In this document: piece by piece, positions 27,113 through 34,607 of the stretch
How positions within the stretch are numbered: position 1 is the stretch's first letter
Layout: every line of letters starts with the position of its first letter
Assembly (NCBI GenBank): GCA_965649215.1
Contig: CBFGJZ010000007.1
Coordinates: forward strand, 29,088 to 63,694
Reading direction: 5' to 3'
DNA: 34,607 nucleotides
DNA from: a candidate division WOR-3 bacterium
GTDB taxonomy: Bacteria > Hydrothermota > Tepidihabitantia > Tepidihabitantales > CAIPLT01
The notes under the pieces: generated by a model
Told to the model about the DNA's origin: nothing
The model's database searches: none
Seen by the model: the letters and a program-made list of their open reading frames with translations, nothing else
Translations under genes and position numbers: made by a program

Positions 27113-28009
27113 ATGAAATTTATTTATTCAGATAAATATGAGGTAAATTTTGGTCCCCATGTATTTGCAACAGAGAAATATAGATTAGTAAAAGAAAAAT
27201 TATTGAAATCAAATTTAATTGATATCTCTAACATTATATATCCTACATCTGCTTCAAGAGAAGATGTACAGTTAGTGCATGATAGTGCTTATGTCGATGA
27301 TATGTTAAATCTGAGATGGACACAACGAACAGTTCGTTCCGAACTGCCTCTGACTCAAGAAATTATTACTGCTTATTTCACTCATGCGCAAGGGACAATT
27401 ATTACATGTCAACAAGCTCTGAAAGATGGCATTGCTGTTCATTTGGGTGGGGGTTTTCATCATGCTTTTGCAGACCACGGAGAAGGTTTTTGTTATATAA
27501 ATGATATTGCTGTTGGTATAAAAAAAATGCAAGCGTTAAATTTAATAAAACGAGCAGCCGTTGTTGATTGTGATTTACATCAAGGAAACGGAACTGCAAA
27601 AATCTTTCAAAATGATGATAGAGTATTCACTTTTTCAATTCACCAAGAACATCTTTATCCGATCAAAGAACAATCGGATTGGGATATCGGTTTAGCTGAT
27701 GGTACAGGAGATAATGAATATTTACAACTAATTAGCAATGCAATTTCTAAAATCTTAGTATCGCATAAACCCGAGTTAGTTGTCTATGTCGCAGGTGCTG
27801 ATCCATATCAAATGGATCAATTAGGTAATTTGAAACTTACAAAGGAAGGATTAAAGAAAAGGGATTATATTATTGTTAGTGAATGTTGGCAAAGGAAAAT
27901 ACCAATAGCAATAACATTAGCTGGTGGTTATGCATATAACGTTAACGATACCGTCGACATTCATTTTAATACATGTCTCGTTTGTTTAGAAATTAAAAAA
28001 CAACACTAA
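27113..28009 (+). CDS. Histone deacetylase family (Zn-dependent) protein
   Basis: HVFATEKY, GGGFHHA, GEGFCYINDIA, DCDLHQGNG, AGADPY, AGGY. The track start at 27077 lies inside the promoter, so ATG 27113 is preferred. Confidence 0.93.
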   Translation: MKFIYSDKYEVNFGPHVFATEKYRLVKEKLLKSNLIDISNIIYPTSASREDVQLVHDSAYVDDMLNLRWTQRTVRSELPLTQEIITAYFTHAQGTIITCQQALKDGIAVHLGGGFHHAFADHGEGFCYINDIAVGIKKMQALNLIKRAAVVDCDLHQGNGTAKIFQNDDRVFTFSIHQEHLYPIKEQSDWDIGLADGTGDNEYLQLISNAISKILVSHKPELVVYVAGADPYQMDQLGNLKLTKEGLKKRDYIIVSECWQRKIPIAITLAGGYAYNVNDTVDIHFNTCLVCLEIKKQH

Positions 28010-28035
28010 ATTGATATCTCACTAAAAAGCAATAA

Positions 28036-29241
28036 GTGACTATAAAAATAATTCATATTTTACATCATTCGCCATACTGGACTTCACGTAAAGAAGAAGT
28101 TGAAGATATCTTAGATGGTTGGCACGTACGAACCGCCAAAGCAATTCAGAAACTAAATATTAATTCATGCAATATTGAATGTTGGCTTCCTAATAAAAAA
28201 CAATCGAAAATAATCAGTTTTGAAAAAGATAATATTACCTACCGTATTTTTCCGTCGTTTGCATTTAGTTATGGACGTGAATTTTCACCACTTATGATAA
28301 ATGTTTTAAAATCCGAAAATAGGAATAAAATTCTTATACATTTGCATGGAATTTTTAATTACCTTACTTATTACATTGCTTATAGATTTGCCGACAAACC
28401 TATTATAGCTCAACATCATGGTGATTGTCCTTCTTTATATCTTTTAGCGAGAAGAAAATTACTATATTGCATATCACCATTTTTAATATCTGAATATTTT
28501 TTAAATAGCCATACACTCAGGAATATAGATTATTTCTTTTGTCTTACTAAATATTCACAAAACATATTGCATAAATTAGGAATTAAAAACAAATCTTGCG
28601 TTCAGACAATGGGTGTTGATTTTAATAAGTTTTATCCGCCGATAAATAAAACAGAAGTTAAAAAACAACTGAATATACAAAAAGATAAAAAGGTCATACT
28701 TTATGTTGGACAATTGAATCAGTATAAAGGGAGTAATAAGGTTATTGAAGCTTTTAACCAACTCAAAAAGAAATACATGATAGAATGTCTAATGGTCGGT
28801 GTCAATGAATCAGATCGTTATTACTCATATGCTAAAAACAATGATGTAAAACTTTATAACAGACAACCGCATCAATCGCTTATAAAGTTCTATCAGGCTG
28901 CTGATGTACTTGTGTTTCCAGCTTCTGATAATTTCATCAAATGGGGTGGTCTGGGAGTAAATGTTATGGAATCATTAGCTTGTAATGTACCTGTTGTTTC
29001 TGCTACATTAATTCATTTCCCCAATGATTACAATAAAGTTGGTATTTATGCAGTAAGCATAGAACAGATTATAAATGCTGTTAATCATATTCTTGACAAT
29101 CCAGGATATTTTACAAAATGTCGAAATGAAGCAAAAAAGTATTACGATTGGGAAAAAATTGCTATTAATACTTTTATTATTTATAACAGATTATTTAAAA
29201 AATATTATAATATAACTTTAGACATCAAACATGTCCTATAA
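28036..29241 (+). CDS. Glycosyltransferase family 4
   Basis: MGVDFNKFYP, ILYVGQL..YKG, YQAADVLVFP, MESLACNVPVV, YDWEKIA. Confidence 0.9.
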   Translation: MTIKIIHILHHSPYWTSRKEEVEDILDGWHVRTAKAIQKLNINSCNIECWLPNKKQSKIISFEKDNITYRIFPSFAFSYGREFSPLMINVLKSENRNKILIHLHGIFNYLTYYIAYRFADKPIIAQHHGDCPSLYLLARRKLLYCISPFLISEYFLNSHTLRNIDYFFCLTKYSQNILHKLGIKNKSCVQTMGVDFNKFYPPINKTEVKKQLNIQKDKKVILYVGQLNQYKGSNKVIEAFNQLKKKYMIECLMVGVNESDRYYSYAKNNDVKLYNRQPHQSLIKFYQAADVLVFPASDNFIKWGGLGVNVMESLACNVPVVSATLIHFPNDYNKVGIYAVSIEQIINAVNHILDNPGYFTKCRNEAKKYYDWEKIAINTFIIYNRLFKKYYNITLDIKHVL

Positions 29242-30181
29242 ATTTGGATTTATTGCTATAAATACAACAAAACGTACTAAAATACTAGCTGAATATTTAG
29301 ACGCAAAAATAATTTCAAGCCGTATATCAACAAATTTATTTATTAGATTTATTCAATACCCGATTATTCTATTACTAATGTTTATCAGATTATTTGTTAG
29401 AAAATTTGATGTGATTTTTGTTCAAATTCCACCTATACACTGTGCATTAATTGCTTTTTATTATTGTAAATTATTGGGCAAAAAAATTATCTTTGATACT
29501 CATTCAGGAATTTTTTTTTACAAAGGCCTACACCAAAAATTATACTTAAAATTATATTGTTATTTAATCAAAAAAATAAATTTAAATATTGTCCACAATG
29601 AAGATATTTTAAATAACAATTGTTTTAAAAAAAATAATACCATTGTCTTAGAAGATAAATTAAGTTTTGACCCAACTGCATTTATTTCTGACGAACCTCG
29701 ATGTATTGGTATTATTACAAGTTTTGGTAAAGATGAACCTATTGATAAAATATTAATAGCAGCAGAAAGACTACCTCATATAAAATTTTATATGACCGGT
29801 GATTATAAAAAGATAAAGAAAAAAAATCTGCCAAAGAATATTTATTTAACAGGTTATTTATCGGACATTGAATATGAAGATCTCTTAAGACAAATGAATA
29901 TATTAATGGTATTAACAAACAGAACTGATACCGTTTTGTGTGGAGCATATGAAGCAGTGAGTTTAGCAAAACCACTTATAACATCCGATACAATAACTTT
30001 AAAAAAATATTTTAATAAGGGAACGATTCACACAGCAAATAACTCTGAAGAAATTATTCAAGCAATAAATAATGCCATAATTAATTATCCCAAATTATAT
30101 CAAGAGATGTTAGAATTACGTAATGAAAAGGAGAAATCATGGGAAATTCAATATCAAAAAATTGAGAAATTACTTAAATAA
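29231..30181 (+). CDS. GT-B fold glycosyltransferase
   Basis: FVQIPP, IFDTHSG, SFGKDEPI, TGYLSD.EY, LCGAYEAVSLAKPLITSD. Confidence 0.85.
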   Translation: MSYKFGFIAINTTKRTKILAEYLDAKIISSRISTNLFIRFIQYPIILLLMFIRLFVRKFDVIFVQIPPIHCALIAFYYCKLLGKKIIFDTHSGIFFYKGLHQKLYLKLYCYLIKKINLNIVHNEDILNNNCFKKNNTIVLEDKLSFDPTAFISDEPRCIGIITSFGKDEPIDKILIAAERLPHIKFYMTGDYKKIKKKNLPKNIYLTGYLSDIEYEDLLRQMNILMVLTNRTDTVLCGAYEAVSLAKPLITSDTITLKKYFNKGTIHTANNSEEIIQAINNAIINYPKLYQEMLELRNEKEKSWEIQYQKIEKLLK

Positions 30182-30183
30182 AT

Positions 30184-31602
30184 ATGAAAACGATCAAAAA
30201 TTTCATTATTTTATTTTTTGGTGATGGAATAAGCTATCTTTTAAATTTTATAACTACAATCTATTTAGCCCGTATCTTGGAAGTTAATAATTTTGGGAAA
30301 ATAAATTTTGCTTTTGCATTTTTCTCTTTTGGTTCGTTTTTAACAAATTTAGGTCTTGTTTCAATTGCTACTCGTGAGATTGCCCAGAGGAGTGGGTCTT
30401 CATTTCTAGAATTTTCTAATTATTATGTAATAAATATAATATTGCTTAGGCAAATTTTAGCTATAATTGTATTTATTATTTTATCTATAATTACAATACT
30501 TATTAATAAATCAATGGAAGTTAAAACATTAATAATTTTATATGGCCTTTCTTTATTTCCTTTTGCTTTGCTTTTAGAATGGTTGTTCTTAGGAATTGAA
30601 GAAATGACAATAATTACACTTAGTAAAGTTATTCTTGCGTTAAGTTATTTATTATTAATCCTCTTTTTTGTGAAAACTCAAAAACAACTTACTCGCATTC
30701 CAATAGCATTTTTTGTAAGTTATTTATTATCTGCCATTTTTTTTATAATATCGTATCTAAATAAAATTAATGTATCGAAAATACAATGGAATTTTTCTTT
30801 TCAATTTAAAACTTGGAAAGAATTATTAACAAATGCAATGCCAGTCGGTATTGGAGCAATATTACTTCAATTTTCATTTAATTTTAATATCATTTTTCTT
30901 GGTTTGGTCAGAAATAGTTCTGACGTTGGATTGTTTAGTGCTGCTAACAAAATACTTATGTTTATATTAATATTTGATCGAGTCATGAATAATACAATAT
31001 TCCCCACAATTGCTCGATATTATTCAACAGGAAAAGAAAAATTATCTGTATTTTTAAATAAATTAAATAAATTAATTTTTGTCGTCGCATTACCTATATG
31101 TGCAGGAGTATTTTTTTTAGCTAAAGAGTTAACTGTATTTATATATGGTTGTAATTACGAACAAAGTTATAGAATATTGAGGATTTTAATTTGGTTTTTT
31201 TTATTTACTATGTTAAATAGTATTTATACTTCAACTCTTATTGCAGGAAGGAAAAACAAAGAATATATATCCACAATTAGTTGTGGTGTTATTGTCAACG
31301 TTTTTTTAATACTTATTTTTACCCATTATTTTGGCGCTAGGGGAGTAGCAATAAGTTTAGTAATTAGTGAATTAATAATTTTTATTCTGTTACGTTGGAG
31401 AATTAAACCAATCGTAGAAATAAAATTTAGCTTAATTAATATTTCAAAAACAATAATTGCTACCTTACTAATGATAATATTTATTAATTTCTTTGTAACT
31501 AAATTAAACTTTTTTATTCTAATCATTTTAGCAGCTTTATTGTATTTTATTCTAATTATTTTAATCCAAGCTATTCGAAAAAATGATTTATCATTAAGCT
31601 AA
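30184..31602 (+). CDS. wzx: Polysaccharide flippase (Wzx/MOP family)
   Basis: IYLARIL...FGKINFA, LGL..IATREIA, VGLFSAANK, IFPTIAR, FGARGVAIS..ISE; about 12-14 TM segments. Confidence 0.88.
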   Translation: MKTIKNFIILFFGDGISYLLNFITTIYLARILEVNNFGKINFAFAFFSFGSFLTNLGLVSIATREIAQRSGSSFLEFSNYYVINIILLRQILAIIVFIILSIITILINKSMEVKTLIILYGLSLFPFALLLEWLFLGIEEMTIITLSKVILALSYLLLILFFVKTQKQLTRIPIAFFVSYLLSAIFFIISYLNKINVSKIQWNFSFQFKTWKELLTNAMPVGIGAILLQFSFNFNIIFLGLVRNSSDVGLFSAANKILMFILIFDRVMNNTIFPTIARYYSTGKEKLSVFLNKLNKLIFVVALPICAGVFFLAKELTVFIYGCNYEQSYRILRILIWFFLFTMLNSIYTSTLIAGRKNKEYISTISCGVIVNVFLILIFTHYFGARGVAISLVISELIIFILLRWRIKPIVEIKFSLINISKTIIATLLMIIFINFFVTKLNFFILIILAALLYFILIILIQAIRKNDLSLS

Positions 31603-31613
31603 GAAATGTCAAA

Positions 31614-33152
31614 ATGATTGGGATTTTGAAAAAAGATTTTGGTTGGTCTGAAATTTTAGAACAAGAAGGACTTTTATATGAGGTTTTAAATATTATACCA
31701 AATGATTATCACTATCCAATCATTGTAAATCGAGAACTTAGAGCAGAGGAGATACAAAAGTTAAAAAAAATGATTTTAGATGGACTTTGTATACTTGTTG
31801 AATTTCCTGTTTTAGTACAATTATCCGAAAATCAAAAATATCGTTTTGGTAGAATTAATTATCTGTTTAATGATAGTTCAGATATATTTAATAATATTAT
31901 AGCAATTGATTTATATCTTTCTGGTTATATCACTAACCCCTCAGTTATTCAGAGGCGACTTGGTAAAGGTTTTATTATTGGATTACCTTTTAATATTAAT
32001 AATGCATTATTAGATTGTCGTAAAGAACGAAAACCATTTTTTTATACTTCTAGAAAATATCCTAATGAAGTTGTAGCTAAGGTTAGTAAAGGAGCGGTTA
32101 GAAAATTAGTAATTAATTGCGTTAGAAAATTATTCCAAATGATGAACTTGTACTATTGTCATCTTTGGTATTATCCTAATAAGCTAACAACTTCTTTTGC
32201 TTTTCGGATTGATACAGACTTTGGTGATGCAGATGCATTACGAGCTACTTATGATTTAGAAGAAAATGTAAATCTGAAATTTACTTATTTTCTTAACACA
32301 GCAGTGCACACTAATTATAATAAAAGCAAAGACATCCAAATTCATTGTTATCATCATAAAGTTTTCCGTGATTACAAGAGAAATTTTGAGAACATTAAAC
32401 AAGCCAAATCTATCTTAACAAATAATGGTATTAATCCAATTGGTTTTGTAAGTCCATTTGGCTTATGGAATAAGAATCTTCAAAAAGCCATAGAAGATTG
32501 TGAAATCGAATATTCTTCTGAATTTTGTCTTGCTTATGATAGCTTACCCTTCTATCCAATTATCGATAATCGAAGATCAAAAGCATTGCAAATTCCTGTC
32601 CATCCAATTTGTATTAGTAGATTGTTACATGCAGGACTATCAAAAAATCAATGTATTGATTACTATTTGAAATATTTTATTAAACAGTATCAAACTAATG
32701 AACCAATATTTATTTATGATCATCCTCATCGAGTTGCACAATTTAATAAAATATTTTATGAGGTTATAATGCATGCTAAGGATCTTTCGAATATTTGGTT
32801 TACAAGCATTACAGAATTTTATAATTGGTGGAAAACTCGTTTAGAGGTGCTAAATCATTCGTTTTGGAAAATAGAAAAAAATAGTAATTTACAAATTATA
32901 ACACCAAATAATGATGAACGTTTATTTCTCCATATTATTACTCCTGACCAGAATGAAGTTTTTCTCAAATTAGAACAAAATAATTATGACTTGCAAAAAT
33001 TTACATTTCAAAAAATTATTCCCAATAAAGTAAATAAACTTGACATAGATAATTATTTAAGATTAAAAGCCACAACAACAAAATTTTCAATTGTTTTTTA
33101 TCAAATTATTGATAAAATATTAGAAAAATTAAAATTAAATTTTATAAGATAA
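31614..33152 (+). CDS. Polysaccharide deacetylase-like (CE4/NodB-like fold) protein
   Basis: HLWYYP...FAFRIDTD, TYF, IQIHCYHH, GFVSPFG.WN, YSSEF, YDHP; located within a polysaccharide locus. Confidence 0.7.
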   Translation: MIGILKKDFGWSEILEQEGLLYEVLNIIPNDYHYPIIVNRELRAEEIQKLKKMILDGLCILVEFPVLVQLSENQKYRFGRINYLFNDSSDIFNNIIAIDLYLSGYITNPSVIQRRLGKGFIIGLPFNINNALLDCRKERKPFFYTSRKYPNEVVAKVSKGAVRKLVINCVRKLFQMMNLYYCHLWYYPNKLTTSFAFRIDTDFGDADALRATYDLEENVNLKFTYFLNTAVHTNYNKSKDIQIHCYHHKVFRDYKRNFENIKQAKSILTNNGINPIGFVSPFGLWNKNLQKAIEDCEIEYSSEFCLAYDSLPFYPIIDNRRSKALQIPVHPICISRLLHAGLSKNQCIDYYLKYFIKQYQTNEPIFIYDHPHRVAQFNKIFYEVIMHAKDLSNIWFTSITEFYNWWKTRLEVLNHSFWKIEKNSNLQIITPNNDERLFLHIITPDQNEVFLKLEQNNYDLQKFTFQKIIPNKVNKLDIDNYLRLKATTTKFSIVFYQIIDKILEKLKLNFIR

Positions 33153-33163
33153 TGCTATAAGAG

Positions 33164-34195
33164 ATGAAATTTATTTTTGGAAGTTATCAAGCAATATCAA
33201 TTCTAGAAGGCGGTGTAAAAACTCAAATATTATCATTGAAAACAGAGTTAGAAAAAATTGGTCATCAAGTAATTTTATTTGATTGTTGGGAAAATTATTC
33301 ATTTAAGGACACTGATTCTATTCATTTGTTTTGTGCTCATATTGGTACTTATCATTTAGCAAAATCCATTAAAGCATTGGGTGTCCGTATAATTCTTACA
33401 CCGGTTATATATAGTCGCCGCCCTCCAAGATTAATTCGCACTGCCTTACCATCTACTAAATTTTTAGCTAAAATTGGTATCCTTCATCCTTATCAAATCG
33501 CATCAGAATTATGTGAAATGTCATATATAATTACACCAAACACTCAACAGGAGTGTTTACTTATAAAAAAGGGATTAAATATTGATGCTTCTAAAATATA
33601 TCTTTTACCAAATGGTGTAAATGAACGTTTTTATAATGCTGATCCAACAATATTTACCAGTAAATATAAAATAAAAAATTTTATTTTATATGTTGGTCAT
33701 ATTGGCTGGCCTCGAAAAAACGTTTTAAATTTGCTTAAGGCAGTAAAAGATATTGATTTTCCGTTAGTTTTAATTGGTAAAATAATTGATAATGAATATG
33801 GTTATGAATGTTTAAATATAATCAGGTCACGAAAAAATACTATATTGATAAATGATCTTGAACATATAAGTCCATTATTAGCTTCTGCTTATGCAGCATG
33901 TGATACTTTAGTGCTACCATCATGGTACGAAACACCAGGTTTAGTTGCATTAGAAGCAGCATTAGCTGGTGCTAAAATTGTCATAACACCATACGGTGGA
34001 ACTAAAGAATATTTTAAAGATTATGCCCAATATTTAAATCCATTCTCAATAAAATCCATTAAAGATACAATTATTAAGTCATTAGAACAGAAAAAGGATA
34101 ATTTACTAAGAGAATATATTTACAAACATTATTTATGGTCTAATGCTGCGCAAAAACTAATAGATATCTATAAAAAAAATAATATTGCAAATTAA
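33164..34195 (+). CDS. Glycosyltransferase family 4
   Basis: GGVKTQ, LPNGV, LYVG...RKN, LVLPSWYETPGLVALEAALAG. Confidence 0.92.
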   Translation: MKFIFGSYQAISILEGGVKTQILSLKTELEKIGHQVILFDCWENYSFKDTDSIHLFCAHIGTYHLAKSIKALGVRIILTPVIYSRRPPRLIRTALPSTKFLAKIGILHPYQIASELCEMSYIITPNTQQECLLIKKGLNIDASKIYLLPNGVNERFYNADPTIFTSKYKIKNFILYVGHIGWPRKNVLNLLKAVKDIDFPLVLIGKIIDNEYGYECLNIIRSRKNTILINDLEHISPLLASAYAACDTLVLPSWYETPGLVALEAALAGAKIVITPYGGTKEYFKDYAQYLNPFSIKSIKDTIIKSLEQKKDNLLREYIYKHYLWSNAAQKLIDIYKKNNIAN

Positions 34196-34453
34196 AAACG
34201 AAACGAATTTATGTATTTAAAGTTATATATCAAAAAATAATAATAAAAACAAAGAGTAATTATTTATTTTATTATTATAGTTTATTATTCAGAATATTTA
34301 ATAAACACGTATTTTAGAATATAAATGTAATATATATATTGAAGCTATTATATAGATATCATAGAACTTAGTAAAAAGCACAAATAAATTCAATGAAATA
34401 CTTTTAAATATTATTAAATATTAGGTTGTGGAAATTCGTAATTAATATATTGT

Positions 34454-34607
34454 TTATTTAATTAAATAATCAATTGGTGTAGTAGGGGAGAGGTATCCTT
34501 GAATTATCGGGAAATTCAAGTAATTCTTTTTCTCCATTTCCAGCATGGCATCGGCAATTATTTTAGCGTCTTTTAAAGATGCGACAAAGATTAAATCGCT
34601 ATCCTGA
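34454..34607 (-). CDS. C-terminal end of an unidentified protein (5'-partial)
   Basis: Open minus frame from the window edge: QDSDLIFVASLKDAKIIADAMLEMEKKNYLNFPIIQGYLSPTTPIDYLIK*. Coding-like composition compared with the AT-rich spacer next to it. Confidence 0.7.
   Translation of the reverse strand, partial: QDSDLIFVASLKDAKIIADAMLEMEKKNYLNFPIIQGYLSPTTPIDYLIK

Noticed and set aside
34196..34453. Very AT-rich convergent spacer as a replication origin or ncRNA
   Set aside because: No DnaA boxes (TTATCCACA), clear repeats or stable hairpins recognised.

Overview
AT-rich bacterial chromosomal window. The gene content (a TonB-dependent receptor, lipoproteins, PKD plus PQQ-type beta-propellers, a Por/T9SS-type C-terminal tail, DUF4416) suggests a diderm lineage related to FCB/WOR-3; this is inference only. 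Order: 3' end of leuS; a roughly 2.2 kb accessory pocket (repeat-rich spacer, truncated gene, winged-helix plus PD-(D/E)XK-like nuclease, 88-aa orphan, gene fragment); clpB; a large mosaic secreted adhesin-like protein; recJ; a lipoprotein; a tightly packed minus-strand operon (propeller, dapL-like, lysC, scpB, DUF4416, lpdA, lipB); a second propeller lipoprotein; a triple Ig-like repeat protein; a Na+/solute symporter with an unannotated small membrane partner; cobalamin riboswitch plus btuB-like receptor; dut, rnhA, zinc-ribbon protein and tRNA-Val(GAC); an HDAC-family deacetylase; a polysaccharide locus; and a partial minus-strand CDS. Most of this is ordinary housekeeping. The best leads are the leuS-clpB pocket (a 12-bp-period palindromic array beside an apparently orphaned nuclease), a recurring promoter-to-start geometry that suggests widespread leaderless mRNAs, and the mosaic secreted protein with a structured leader. 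All calls come from reading motifs; no searches were run.
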